Below are positions 33,538 to 43,410 of a stretch of 64,000 bases of DNA, one piece after another. The stretch's first letter is position 1, and each line of letters begins with the position of its first letter. A program made the translations under genes and the position numbers. The DNA comes from Candidatus Limnocylindrales bacterium (GTDB lineage: Bacteria > Chloroflexota > Limnocylindria > Limnocylindrales > CSP1-4): NCBI GenBank assembly GCA_036002525.1, contig DASYTG010000012.1, positions 65,766 through 129,765 on the forward strand. Direction: 5' to 3'. The notes under the pieces are model-generated. The model searched no databases. It was not told the origin of the DNA and worked only from the letters and a program-made list of their open reading frames with translations.

Positions 33538-36501
33538 ATGAAACTCTTCTCCCGCTTCGTCGACTCGAACGACCGCGAGGTCCGCCGGATCCAGCCTTTC
33601 GTCGACGAGGCGACCGCGCTCGAGGCCGAGATCCAGGCCCTCTCCGAGGACGAGATCCGGGCCAGGTTCGGTGAGATCCGGACCGAGATCCGGGAGATCG
33701 CCCAGCCGGACGAGCCGGACGAAGACGAGCTCCACCACCCGGACCTCGAGCGGCGGCGCGAGCTGGCGAAGGCCCGCCGGAAGCGGGAGAACGCCCGGAT
33801 CCAGGCCGCCCTCGACGACGTCATCCCGGATGTCTTCGCAATGGCTCGCGAGGCGATGCGGCGGACCCTCGGGATGCGTCATTTCGACGTCCAGCTGATC
33901 GGCGGCGTCGTCCTCCACCAGGGCCGGATCGCCGAGATGAAGACGGGCGAGGGCAAGACGCTCGTCGCCCCACTCGCCGCGATTCTCAACTCCCTGACCG
34001 GCCGCGGCGTTCACATCGTCACCGTCAACGACTACCTCGCCCGGCGCGACCCCCAGTGGATGGGCCCCGTCTACAACTTCCTCGGCGTCAGCCTCGGGAT
34101 GATCACCCACGACGCGTCGTTCGTCTTCGAGCCGGGCTACCCGACGACCGACGAGCGCCTGATCAACCTCCGCCCGGTCGAGCGGGCAGAGGCCTACGCA
34201 GCCGACGTCACGTACGGCACGAACAACGAGTTCGGGTTCGACTACCTGCGGGACAACATGGTCGTCGAGCTCGACCAGCGGGTCCAGCGCGAGCGGGCCT
34301 TCGCGATCGTCGACGAGGTCGACAACATCCTCATCGACGAAGCCCGGACGCCGTTGATCATCAGCGGCCAGGCGGAGGAGTCGGCCGACCTCTACTACTC
34401 GTTCGCCCGCCTCGTGCCCCGGCTCAAGGGCCGACCCGAGGGCGAGGAGGACGGCGGCGACTTCTTCGTCGACCTCAAGGACCGGGCCGTCTCTCCGACC
34501 GAGGACGGCATCTCGAAGATGGAGCAGCTCCTCGGCGTCGCGAACATGTACGACGCCGATCCCCGGCTGGCCCGTCACTTCGAGCAGGCGCTCCGTGCCC
34601 ACGCCCTCTACAAGCGCGATCGGGACTACATCGTCAAGGACGGGGAGATCGTCATCGTCGACGAGTTCACCGGCCGTCAGATGCCGGGCCGCCGCTGGAG
34701 CGAGGGGCTCCACCAGGCCATCGAGGCGAAGGAGGGCCTGCGGGTCCAGCGCGAGAGCGTGACCCTCGCGACGATCACGTTCCAGAACTACTTCCGGCTG
34801 TACGACAAGCTGGCCGGGATGACCGGCACGGCGATGACCGAGGCCGAGGAGTTCCACAAGATCTACGGCCTCGAAGTCGTCGCGATCCCGACACACGAGC
34901 CGATGATCCGCGAGGACGAGGCGGATCTCGTGTTCCGCAACGAGGTCGGCAAGTTCACAGCGCTCATCGACGAGGTCGTCGAGATGACCGAGGCAGGGCG
35001 GCCCGTCCTCGTCGGCACGGTCTCGGTCGAGAAGTCGGAGATCCTCTCGTCGATGCTCAAGCGGCGGGGCATCAAGCACGAGACGCTCAACGCGAAGTTC
35101 CACGAGAAGGAGTCCGGAATCGTCGCCCAGGCCGGCAAGTCCGCGGCGGTGACGATCGCCACCAACATGGCCGGCCGCGGGACGGACATCCAGCTCGGCG
35201 GCAACCCGGCCGGCCTGGCGTCGGAGATCCTCCACAAGCGCGGCCTCAACCCTGCCGAGGTCGACAAGGACACGTACGAGACGGCGCTCGCCGAGGCAAC
35301 GGCAATCACCGCCGAGGACCACGTCCGGGTCGTCGAGGCCGGTGGCCTCCACATCATCGGCACCGAGCGGCACGACTCGCGCCGGATCGACAACCAGCTC
35401 CGCGGCCGGGCCGGCCGCCAGGGCGACCCCGGCAGCACCCGGTTCTACCTCTCGCTCGAGGACGACCTGATGAAGCGGTTCGCCAACGAGCGGGTGGCGG
35501 GCCTCATGGAGCGACTCGGCCTCGAGGACGACGTCGCGATCGAGTCGCGCCTCGTGTCGCGGACGATCGAAAGCGCCCAGAACCGGGTCGAGGGCTTCAA
35601 CTTCGACATTCGCAAGCGGGTCGTCGAGTTCGACGACGTCATCAACAAGCAGCGCGAGACGATCTACTCGGAGCGCGACAAGGTCCTCCGTAACGAGGAC
35701 CTGACCGAGACGGTCCGGGTCTTTCTCGAGGAGGAGATCGACTCCCTCGTCGACCAGTACCTCTCGGCGGCCGCTCCGGACGACTGGAACATGGAAGGTC
35801 TCGTCGCAGCCCTCAAGACGATGGGCCTCGACGGGCCCGGCACGACCGAGGACGAGCTCTGGGAGGTGGGCGATCGGGACGCGATCGCGGCCCACCTGCG
35901 GGAGCTCGCGGACACACGTCTGGAGACGCGGGCGGCCGAGGTCGGCGAGTCCGACTGGTCGCTCGTCGAGCGGATGGTCCTGCTCCGGACGATCGACTCG
36001 CTGTGGGTCGAGCACCTCACCGAGCTGGACGACATGCGGCGCGGCATCGGGCTCCGTGGCTACGCCCAGCAGGACCCGCTGAACGAGTTCCGGCGCGAGG
36101 CGTTCCGGCTGTACGAGGAGCTGAGCGGGCTGATCCGTCACCAGGTCGCGTCGACGATCTTCCGCATCACCGTGACCCGCCAGCCGGCGCAGCCACCGAT
36201 CGGGGTTGCGGCGGCGGGTGGCGGCGCCGGCGCCCTGGCGGGTGGCGCGGCCGCCCGTCGAGGGTCGGCCGGCGCGGTCGGCGCGCGGGTGGCCGGGGCC
36301 GCGGGTGCGGCCGGGATCGGTGCGGCCGGGATCGGTGCGGCCGGGGCCGCGAGCCGGGCGACGCTCGGCAGCTCCCCGATCGGTGGCGGGCCCGCCGGCG
36401 CGACGCGGCCGGGGTACACCCCGTCCGGTGCGCGAATCGGGCGGAACGATCCCTGTTACTGCGGATCGGGGCTGAAGTACAAGAAGTGCCACGGGCGCTG
36501 A
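33538..36501 (+). CDS. secA: Preprotein translocase ATPase SecA
   Basis: 987 aa with DEAD motor motifs (MKTGEGKTLVA, DEVDNILIDEARTPLIISG), a helical scaffold and a C-terminal zinc-finger motif (CYCGSGLKYKKCHG). A Gly/Ala-rich insert precedes the zinc finger. Confidence 0.95.
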   Translation: MKLFSRFVDSNDREVRRIQPFVDEATALEAEIQALSEDEIRARFGEIRTEIREIAQPDEPDEDELHHPDLERRRELAKARRKRENARIQAALDDVIPDVFAMAREAMRRTLGMRHFDVQLIGGVVLHQGRIAEMKTGEGKTLVAPLAAILNSLTGRGVHIVTVNDYLARRDPQWMGPVYNFLGVSLGMITHDASFVFEPGYPTTDERLINLRPVERAEAYAADVTYGTNNEFGFDYLRDNMVVELDQRVQRERAFAIVDEVDNILIDEARTPLIISGQAEESADLYYSFARLVPRLKGRPEGEEDGGDFFVDLKDRAVSPTEDGISKMEQLLGVANMYDADPRLARHFEQALRAHALYKRDRDYIVKDGEIVIVDEFTGRQMPGRRWSEGLHQAIEAKEGLRVQRESVTLATITFQNYFRLYDKLAGMTGTAMTEAEEFHKIYGLEVVAIPTHEPMIREDEADLVFRNEVGKFTALIDEVVEMTEAGRPVLVGTVSVEKSEILSSMLKRRGIKHETLNAKFHEKESGIVAQAGKSAAVTIATNMAGRGTDIQLGGNPAGLASEILHKRGLNPAEVDKDTYETALAEATAITAEDHVRVVEAGGLHIIGTERHDSRRIDNQLRGRAGRQGDPGSTRFYLSLEDDLMKRFANERVAGLMERLGLEDDVAIESRLVSRTIESAQNRVEGFNFDIRKRVVEFDDVINKQRETIYSERDKVLRNEDLTETVRVFLEEEIDSLVDQYLSAAAPDDWNMEGLVAALKTMGLDGPGTTEDELWEVGDRDAIAAHLRELADTRLETRAAEVGESDWSLVERMVLLRTIDSLWVEHLTELDDMRRGIGLRGYAQQDPLNEFRREAFRLYEELSGLIRHQVASTIFRITVTRQPAQPPIGVAAAGGGAGALAGGAAARRGSAGAVGARVAGAAGAAGIGAAGIGAAGAASRATLGSSPIGGGPAGATRPGYTPSGARIGRNDPCYCGSGLKYKKCHGR
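36304..36352 (+). repeat. 15-bp tandem repeat, three copies, inside secA (Gly/Ala-rich insert)
   Basis: GGTGCGGCCGGGATC repeated, encoding GAAGIGAAGIGAAGA. Confidence 0.7.
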
Positions 36502-36535
36502 CCCGCCCGGCCGACGGCTCCCTGGCCGCCCGCCG

Positions 36536-37156
36536 ATGCGCCGCGACCTGACCCGCCTGCTCGTTTCGGTCGTGGCCGCCGCGGCGATCCTCGGCGCGTA
36601 CGCGGCGTTCCGCATCTGGGAGCAGGGCGACCGCGACGAGCGGCGGCCCGCGGACGCCATCGTCGTCCTCGGGGCAGCCCAGTACGACGGCCGGCCATCG
36701 CCGGTGTTCCAGGCCCGGCTCGAGCACGCGGTGTCGCTCTACCACGAGGGTTACGCGCCGCTCCTCATCGTGACCGGCGGAAAAGCCGAGGGCGACCGGA
36801 CGACGGAAGCTGCTGCGGCCCGCCAGTACGCGATCGACCACGGCGTGCCGCCCGACGACATCCTCGTCGAGGACGAGGGCCGGACGACCCTCGAGTCGCT
36901 CGTCACGGTCGGCCGAGTACTCCGTCAACGCCAGACCACGACGGCGCTCTTCGTATCGGACCGCGCTCACATGCTGCGTGTCCTCCGCATCGCCCGCGAC
37001 GAGGGCCTCGAGGCGTACGGCTCGCCGACGACGACGAGCCCCGCGGACTCAACCTTCGGCCACCGGTTCGAGGCCACGACACACGAGCTCGCGGCGCTCG
37101 CGGTCTACTTCCTCGCCGGCGCTGCGCCGTTCGATCCACCGTTCACCGGCGAGTGA
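36536..37156 (+). CDS. YdcF-family (DUF218, SanA/ElyC-like) protein
   Basis: N-terminal TM helix followed by the DUF218 core (DAIVVLGAAQYDGRPSPVFQARLEHAVSLYHEGYAPLLIVTGG). Confidence 0.7.
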   Translation: MRRDLTRLLVSVVAAAAILGAYAAFRIWEQGDRDERRPADAIVVLGAAQYDGRPSPVFQARLEHAVSLYHEGYAPLLIVTGGKAEGDRTTEAAAARQYAIDHGVPPDDILVEDEGRTTLESLVTVGRVLRQRQTTTALFVSDRAHMLRVLRIARDEGLEAYGSPTTTSPADSTFGHRFEATTHELAALAVYFLAGAAPFDPPFTGE

Positions 37157-37175
37157 TTTTTGTCGTTTCTCCCCC

Positions 37176-37204
37176 TTGGCGGTGGGGAATCCAGCACCTA
37201 TACT
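37176..37204 (+). promoter_or_regulatory. Predicted sigma-70-type promoter for the Cys-rich ORF / prfB unit
   Basis: TTGGCG, a 17-bp spacer, then TATACT. Confidence 0.45.
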
Positions 37205-37337
37205 GGCGAAAACCCCACCCCTCGGATCCTCACCGATCCGCCCAGCACGGTCCGCGCCCAGCCACGGTCAAGCCCTGTCACATCTGCGCGCCCCGACCCG
37301 AAACCCCGAAGCGCCCCATCAGCGAAAAGAGGGAATC

Positions 37338-37562
37338 GTGAAGCAGGCCGAGGAAGCGTCGTTCGTCGATCTGATCGCCTGCGAGCGGGACTGCCGGACG
37401 TGCAGTTACGCCGCGGCGCTCGACTGTGACGGCAACTGCGGCGTGTGCCCCCACAACAGCTATTGTCCCTGCGTGAACCCCGTCGTCGCCCGGAGCAAGA
37501 CGGCCCTGCGCCTCATCGAGCTCCGCCCGATCCTGCTCCAGGACCTCCAGGCCCGTAACTAG
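37338..37562 (+). CDS. Small Cys-rich protein (8 Cys, two CxxxCxxC motifs), hypothetical
   Basis: GTG start with an AAGAGGG ribosome-binding site 5 nt upstream. 74 aa (VKQAEEASFVDLIACERDCRTCSYAAALDCDGNCGVCPHNSYCPCVNP...). The stop codon directly abuts the prfB ATG. Confidence 0.5.
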   Translation: MKQAEEASFVDLIACERDCRTCSYAAALDCDGNCGVCPHNSYCPCVNPVVARSKTALRLIELRPILLQDLQARN

Positions 37563-38685
37563 ATGGACCCGTCGGCCATCCGCGACCTGGCGGAGCAGAT
37601 CCGCGCGACCTCGGGGCGTCTTTGACCTCGAGACGAAGGAGCGCCGGGTCGCAGACCTCGAGGGCCTGACCGGCGCGCCGGACTTCTGGTCGGACCAGCG
37701 GACTGCCCAGCGAGTCCTCCGCGAGGCCGACGGCCTGCGGACCGAGATCGCCACGTGGCGCGGGCTGCTCGGGCGGGCTGACGAGGTCCTCGCAACAGCG
37801 GAGCTCGTCGCGGAATCGGGCGACGCCGAGCTGACCGCCGAGCTCGAACGCGGCGCGAACGAGCTCGCGCGGGACTTCGCCCGTGAGCGGACCCAGCTCC
37901 TGTTCGGCGGGGAGTACGACGAGCGCGGCGCCCTGCTGTCGATCAGCGCCGGCGCGGGGGGCACCGAGGCGACCGACTGGGCGGAGATGCTCCTCCGGAT
38001 GTACCTCCGCTGGGCCGAGCGCCACCGGTTCAGGACGGAGATCGTCGACCAGACCGAGGGAGAGCAGGCCGGCCTGAAGAGCGTCACCGTCCAGGTCGAC
38101 GGACGAGGCGCCTACGGCTGGCTGCGCGCCGAGCGCGGCGTCCACCGGCTCGTCCGGATCAGCCCGTTCGACGCCCAGAAGCGGCGCCAGACGACGTTCG
38201 CCCTGGTCGAGGTCCTGCCGGAGGTCGACGACGACGTCGAGATCGAGCTCGACTGGGACGAGATCCGGGTCGACACGTTCCGGTCGCAGGGCGCCGGCGG
38301 CCAGCACGTCAACAAGACCGATTCGGCCGTCCGGCTGACCCACGTCCCCACGGGGATCGTCGCCCAGAGCCAGAATGAGCGGTCCCAGACGCAGAACCGC
38401 GAGCTGGCGATCCGGGTCCTGAAGGCGCGCCTCCTCGAACGGGCCCTCGAGGAAAAGGAGGCCGAGATGCGCAAGCTGAAGGGCGAGCACGTCGAGGCGG
38501 GCTGGGGCAACCAGATCCGGAGCTACGTCCTCCACCCCTACCAGATGGTCAAGGACCTGCGGACCGCGTACGAGACGTCGAACACATCCGCCGTCCTCGA
38601 CGGCGACATCGATGAGTTCATGCAGGCCGAGCTGGAGTGGCTGGCGACCGGCCGTCCACCGGTCGGGGTCGGCGACTCCGGGTGA
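37563..38685 (+). CDS. prfB: Peptide chain release factor 2, with programmed +1 ribosomal frameshift
   Basis: Frame 0 reads MDPSAIRDLAEQIRATSGRL and then UGA at 37623-37625, inside the canonical shift site CUU UGA C. An internal GGGG Shine-Dalgarno-like element lies 3 nt upstream. The +1 frame (from 37624) continues as DLETKERRVADLEGL..., contains SPF (RISPFDAQKRRQTT) and GGQ (SQGAGGQHVNKTDS), and ends at 38685. Confidence 0.93.
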
Positions 38686-39671
38686 CCCGACCGATCGCGG
38701 CCCCCCGCGTAGCTCCGGGCCGGCTGCCCGAGGGGATCCGCGTCCGTCGCGCCGGGACGGCCGACCTGCCGGCCTGCGGGACGATCTGGCGCGACGGGAT
38801 CAACGACTACCTCGGCCGGCTCAACCAGCGCGAGATCCCCGACGATCTGTCTGCGATCGGCCGGCTCCACGCCCACCTGCTCGCGACGGATCCGGAGACG
38901 TTCCTCGTCGCGGTGCGGGGAGGGGACGGCCGGGCAGCGACCGCGGCGGACGGGCGCATCGTCGCCTTCGGTGCGGCCGTCCGGCGGGACGAGGTCTGGT
39001 TCCTGTCGATGCTGTTCGTGGCCCCCGAAGAGCAGGGAAGCGGTCTCGGGCGAGCCCTGCTCGACAGGATCCTGCCCGACGAAGCCGACGCGGTCCTCGC
39101 CACTGCCACCGACAGCCAGCAGCCGATCTCGAACGGGCTGTACGCGCGTTACGGGATCGTCCCGCGGATGCCCCTCCTCAGCCTCGTCGGCCGTCCGTCC
39201 GGCACGGACGCCTTCGGAGCGTTGCCGTCCGGGGTCGTGGCGGTCCCGTTCGAGGATCTCGCTGCGGAACGCCACGGCAATCTCGCCGCAGCCGTCGATT
39301 CGCTCGACCGGGAGGTCGTCGGGTTCGCCCATCCGGAGGATCACCGCTTCCTCCGCCAGGAGGGACGGCGCGGCTTCCTCTTCCGGCACGGCTCCCGGGC
39401 CGTCGGCTATTGCTACGCGTCCGAGGCCGGCCGGGTGGGGCCGATCGTCGTCCGCGATAGCGGGCTCCTCCCCGCCGCCCTCGGCCACGTCCTCGCCGCG
39501 GTCGAGCCTCGCGGAGCGAGCGCGCTCTGGGCGCCGGGATTCGCCGACCGCGCCATCGTGCCGCTCGTCCGGGCCGGCTTCCGGCTCGACCAGTTTCCGG
39601 TCCTCCTGTGCTGGACCCGCCCGTTCGCCGACTTCAGCCGTTACGTGCCGATCTCCCCCGGTCTCCTCTGA
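38682..39671 (+). CDS. GNAT family N-acetyltransferase
   Basis: Acetyl-CoA-binding motif (FVAPEEQGSGLGRALL). GTG start overlapping the prfB stop. Confidence 0.65.
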   Translation: MTRPIAAPRVAPGRLPEGIRVRRAGTADLPACGTIWRDGINDYLGRLNQREIPDDLSAIGRLHAHLLATDPETFLVAVRGGDGRAATAADGRIVAFGAAVRRDEVWFLSMLFVAPEEQGSGLGRALLDRILPDEADAVLATATDSQQPISNGLYARYGIVPRMPLLSLVGRPSGTDAFGALPSGVVAVPFEDLAAERHGNLAAAVDSLDREVVGFAHPEDHRFLRQEGRRGFLFRHGSRAVGYCYASEAGRVGPIVVRDSGLLPAALGHVLAAVEPRGASALWAPGFADRAIVPLVRAGFRLDQFPVLLCWTRPFADFSRYVPISPGLL

Positions 39672-39729
39672 ACCCCAACCATCGACCCCTATCCCGATGG
39701 GACTATCGTCCTTCCCGCACGGCCGCCGG

Positions 39730-40554
39730 ATGGTGCTAGCCTCGGATCGACCCCAGTCCTCGACCCCGGAGCCGCTCGTGATCCTCGCCCCGCCGAAATC
39801 GCCAGCCCGGACGCTGCGCGAACGCCTGTTTGGCCGTGCGAACGGGCACGTCGCCGCCGACCGAGCCGTCCTCGTCCTCCACGACGTCACGAAGACCTAC
39901 CCGAACGGGAAGAACGCCCTCGTCGACGTCGACCTCGTGATCCCGGAGGGCGACTTCGTGTTCCTCGTCGGGCCGTCCGGGGCCGGCAAGTCGACGCTCA
40001 TCAAGCTGCTCATCCGCGACGAGCTCGCGACCCGCGGCCGGGTCATCCTCGACGGCCAGGACCTCGCCCGCCTGTCCCGGCGGCAGGTGCCCAAGATCCG
40101 GCGAAAGATCGGCATCGTCTTCCAGGACTTCAAGCTCCTGCCCTCGAAGAACGTCTGGGAGAACGTCGCGTTCGCCCTCGAGGTGACCGGCACGCCCCAC
40201 CGGCGGATCCGGCCGGCGGTCGACCGGGTGCTCTCGCTCGTCGGCCTGACGGCCCAGGCCCGGCAGCTCCCGGCCCAGCTCTCCGGCGGCGAGCAGCAGC
40301 GAACCGCGATCGCCCGTGCGCTCGTCCATGACCCCCGCCTGATCATCGCCGACGAGCCTACCGGCAACCTCGACCCACTGATCAGCTGGGAGATCCTCCA
40401 GCTGATGCTGCGGATCAACGAGCTCGGCGTGACGGTCCTCATGGCCACCCACAACGCCGATGTCGTCACGGCGCTCCGCAAGCGCGTCGTCGCCCTCGAG
40501 GAGGGCCGGATCATCCGCGACCAGGTCGGCGGCACCTACCACCGGACGGACTGA
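39730..40554 (+). CDS. ftsE: Cell division ATP-binding protein FtsE
   Basis: ABC ATPase motifs Walker A (GPSGAGKST), signature (LSGGEQQR) and Walker B (LIIADEPTGNLD). About 50 aa of N-terminal extension if the ATG at 39730 is used. Confidence 0.88.
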   Translation: MVLASDRPQSSTPEPLVILAPPKSPARTLRERLFGRANGHVAADRAVLVLHDVTKTYPNGKNALVDVDLVIPEGDFVFLVGPSGAGKSTLIKLLIRDELATRGRVILDGQDLARLSRRQVPKIRRKIGIVFQDFKLLPSKNVWENVAFALEVTGTPHRRIRPAVDRVLSLVGLTAQARQLPAQLSGGEQQRTAIARALVHDPRLIIADEPTGNLDPLISWEILQLMLRINELGVTVLMATHNADVVTALRKRVVALEEGRIIRDQVGGTYHRTD

Positions 40555-40608
40555 ATCCTCGCGCCGATGGCTAGCAGGGGCGTCGCCTCGGCGCTCGGAG
40601 AGAGATAG

Positions 40609-41493
40609 ATGATTTCCTTTGTCGCTTTTAGTCTCAAGCGGGCCTGGCAGGGCTTCTGGCGGAACGCCGTCATGAGCCTCGCGGCGACGGCCACGATGGT
40701 CCTCATGCTCCTCCTGCTGGCCGGCTTCTGGGTGATCAACACCGGCCTGCTCGCTGGTCTCGAGTTCACCGAGAAGAAGGTCAATGTCGTCGCCGATCTC
40801 TACGACAACGTCACCCCGAGGCAGATCGAGGACCTGCGGGCGAAGGTCGCGGCAATGCCGGAGGTCTCCGAGGTCGTGTTCGTGAGCCGCGAGGACGCGC
40901 TCAGGCGCTTCCGCGAGAACCGCCGTGCCCAGGGCGAGGAGGACCTCACCCGCTTCCTCGACACGAACCCCTTCCACCAGAGCCTCGAGATCGCCCTGAC
41001 CGACGCGGCGCTCTACTCGAAGGTCTACGACAGGCTCGTCCTCGAGCCGACCGTCCAGCTGGTGAAGAACCAGCAGGACCTCGTCGAGCGTGTGCTCACC
41101 GTGACGAACTTCCTCCGAACCGCGGGCGGGGTCATCCTCGCGGTGATCGGCGTGATCGTCCTGTTCATCATCGTCAACACGATCCGCCTGGCGGTGACGG
41201 CCCGGGCCGAGGAGATCGACATCATGCGGCTCGTGGGCGCGTCGGACGCGTTCATCCGCTGGCCCTTCGTGTTCGAGGGGGCGCTCGTCGGCCTGTTCGG
41301 GGCGGCGATCGCGCTGCTCGTCCTGGCGGCCGGCGCCGAGCCGCTGGGCGGCTTCATGTACGACTTCTTCCGGGTCCTGCCCCTGACGTTCGGAACGCTC
41401 TCGCGGGACGTGGCGCTGCTCGTGTTCGGGACGGGCGTGGGACTCGGGGTGCTCGGCTCCTGGGTCTCGGTGAGGACGTACCTGATCCGCTAG
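40609..41493 (+). CDS. ftsX: Cell division permease FtsX
   Basis: 294 aa with 4 TM helices and a large periplasmic loop; follows ftsE. Confidence 0.88.
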   Translation: MISFVAFSLKRAWQGFWRNAVMSLAATATMVLMLLLLAGFWVINTGLLAGLEFTEKKVNVVADLYDNVTPRQIEDLRAKVAAMPEVSEVVFVSREDALRRFRENRRAQGEEDLTRFLDTNPFHQSLEIALTDAALYSKVYDRLVLEPTVQLVKNQQDLVERVLTVTNFLRTAGGVILAVIGVIVLFIIVNTIRLAVTARAEEIDIMRLVGASDAFIRWPFVFEGALVGLFGAAIALLVLAAGAEPLGGFMYDFFRVLPLTFGTLSRDVALLVFGTGVGLGVLGSWVSVRTYLIR

Positions 41494-41494
41494 A

Positions 41495-41574
41495 CCTCGG
41501 ACGGATGGCCTCGCGGAGCTCCGCCTCCGAAATCTCGGGCGGATGGCGTCGCGGAGCTCCGCCTCCGACCTCGG
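41495..41574. repeat. Same repeat family, two tandem copies
   Basis: CCTCGGACGGATGGCCTCGCGGAGCTCCGCCTCCGAAATCTCGG then GCGGATGGCGTCGCGGAGCTCCGCCTCCGACCTCGG, starting 2 nt after the ftsX stop. Confidence 0.75.
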
Positions 41575-41689
41575 TGAACGAGTGCCGGATCCAACGACGG
41601 GGTATCGGTAAAAGCGGATGAAGTTCCGTTCACGCTCGATCCGCGGTCGAGCTCGCCGACGTAGCATCGGCCGAAACCGGTGCTAGGCT

Positions 41690-43165
41690 TTGGCCCCGCC
41701 GACCCCCCGAACAGGACGCCGCCACCCGATGCACGCCCCCGACAACGAACCCTCCGGGACAACCCCGCGCGCCGCTTCCGGTTCGGAAGCGGGACCCACC
41801 TCCTCGCCCGATCCCTCTCCCGACCCCGAGCCGTACGTGCCCGGGCTGTCGAGCGCCCCGGTTGGACCGCTTGGCCCGGTCTCGAGCGGGCCCCGATCCC
41901 GGCGCAACGGACCGGCAGTTGGAGCGGCGGTCGCCCTCGTTGCCGTGATGGCCGGCGTGGCCCTGTTTATGTCCGGCTTCTGGCTGGGCAACCGCGACAG
42001 GACGCAGCCGGGAACGCCGGCCAGCGACGATCAGCTGTTCGAGCCGTTCTGGAACACGTACCAGACGATCGTCAGCCGTTACGCGGGAGGCGAGGTCGAC
42101 AAGGCGAAGATCATCCAGGGCGCGATCAAGGGGATGATCGAGGCGCTCGGGGATCCGTACTCGTCGTATCTCAGCCCTGACGACTTCCAGCAGACGCTCC
42201 AGGGGATCTCCGGCCAGTTCGAGGGAATCGGCGCCGAGATCGGCACGGTCGACAGGGCGGGCGAGACGAGCGACTGCGCGACACTCGGGCCGGACTGCCG
42301 GCTCGTGATCATCGCCCCGATCGAAGGGTCGCCGGCGGCGAAAGTGGGGCTGCGGCCCGGCGACGTCGTGGCCGCGGTGGACGGATCGACCCTCGACGGG
42401 CTGACGATCGACGATGCGCGGGACCGGATCCGTGGCAAGAAGGGCACCCAGGTCCGGCTGGCGATCGAACGGGAAGGCCTGGCGGCGTTCGACGTGACGA
42501 TCACCCGCGACGTCATCCAGCAGAAGGAGGTCATCGCCCGCGACCTCGCCGACGGCCAGGTCGGCTATATCCGCCTGACCGGCTTCTCGACGAATGGGGC
42601 GAAGGCCGTCCACACCGAGCTCGCCGCCGACATCGCCGCGGGCCAGACGAAGATCATCCTCGACCTTCGCGGCAACCCGGGGGGCTTCGTCGAGGCGGCC
42701 CGGGACGTCGCCAGCGAGTTCATCGCCGAGGGTCCGCTGTTCTGGCAGGAGGACGCGAACGGAACGAAGACGGCGACGAACGCCACGGGCAGCGGCGCGG
42801 CCACGGATCCGTCGATCGAGGTGGTCGTCCTCATCGACCGCGGCAGCGCGTCGGCCAGCGAGATCGTGGCGGCGGCCCTCCAGGACCGGCACCGGGCGAA
42901 GCTCGTCGGCCAGACGACGTTCGGGAAGGGGACCGTCCAGGAGTGGACGACCCTCGAGGGCGCGGGCGGCTTCCGGCTGACGATCGCCAAGTGGCTGACG
43001 CCGGACCAGCGCTGGATCCACCTCGAGGGAATCACGCCGGACGTTCCCGTGGAGCTGCCCGCAAACGTGGCCGCCGGCGAGGACCCGGTCCTCGACCGGG
43101 CCCTCGAGCTCCTCGACGTCCAGGCGGCCCTCGACGTCCAGGCGGCCCTCGACCTGGCGGCCTGA
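41690..43165 (+). CDS. S41 family carboxyl-terminal processing peptidase with a PDZ domain
   Basis: PDZ domain (IIAPIEGSPAAKVGLRPGDVV) and S41 catalytic region (LIDRGSASASEIVAAAL, TFGKGTVQ). A Pro/Ser-rich N-terminal region precedes a TM helix. An alternative start is the Met at 41729. Confidence 0.85.
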   Translation: MAPPTPRTGRRHPMHAPDNEPSGTTPRAASGSEAGPTSSPDPSPDPEPYVPGLSSAPVGPLGPVSSGPRSRRNGPAVGAAVALVAVMAGVALFMSGFWLGNRDRTQPGTPASDDQLFEPFWNTYQTIVSRYAGGEVDKAKIIQGAIKGMIEALGDPYSSYLSPDDFQQTLQGISGQFEGIGAEIGTVDRAGETSDCATLGPDCRLVIIAPIEGSPAAKVGLRPGDVVAAVDGSTLDGLTIDDARDRIRGKKGTQVRLAIEREGLAAFDVTITRDVIQQKEVIARDLADGQVGYIRLTGFSTNGAKAVHTELAADIAAGQTKIILDLRGNPGGFVEAARDVASEFIAEGPLFWQEDANGTKTATNATGSGAATDPSIEVVVLIDRGSASASEIVAAALQDRHRAKLVGQTTFGKGTVQEWTTLEGAGGFRLTIAKWLTPDQRWIHLEGITPDVPVELPANVAAGEDPVLDRALELLDVQAALDVQAALDLAA

Positions 43166-43198
43166 CCTGGCGGGCTGACCTGGCGGCCTGACCGCGCA
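43115..43198 (+). repeat. Tandem repeats spanning the 3' end of the S41 protease gene
   Basis: Two copies of GACGTCCAGGCGGCCCTC, then three copies of CTGACCTGGCGGC spanning the stop codon. Confidence 0.7.
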
Positions 43199-43410
43199 GA
43201 CCGGGGGACGCTTGCGCCATCGACCCCCATCGGGTACGGTTCCCCCGAACGAAAGGAGGTGATGTGCAGTGATCGACAGTAAGCGTAGCTGCACCACCTC
43301 GCAGGAGATGCCCGTCTAGCCGGACATCCCTGCGGGATGGTCAGCAGCCGGACGCCGGCCCGAGACAGGGCCGGCGTTCGTGCGCTCGGGGACAGGAGGA
43401 GCGACGCACG

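Noticed and set aside
33487-36660. 1057-aa minus-strand ORF
   Set aside because: Antisense of secA; Arg/Gly/Pro-rich nonsense composition.
41495-41574. Possible CRISPR array (direct repeats)
   Set aside because: Only two tandem copies with no spacer structure. Similar copies are dispersed singly elsewhere. No cas genes in the window.
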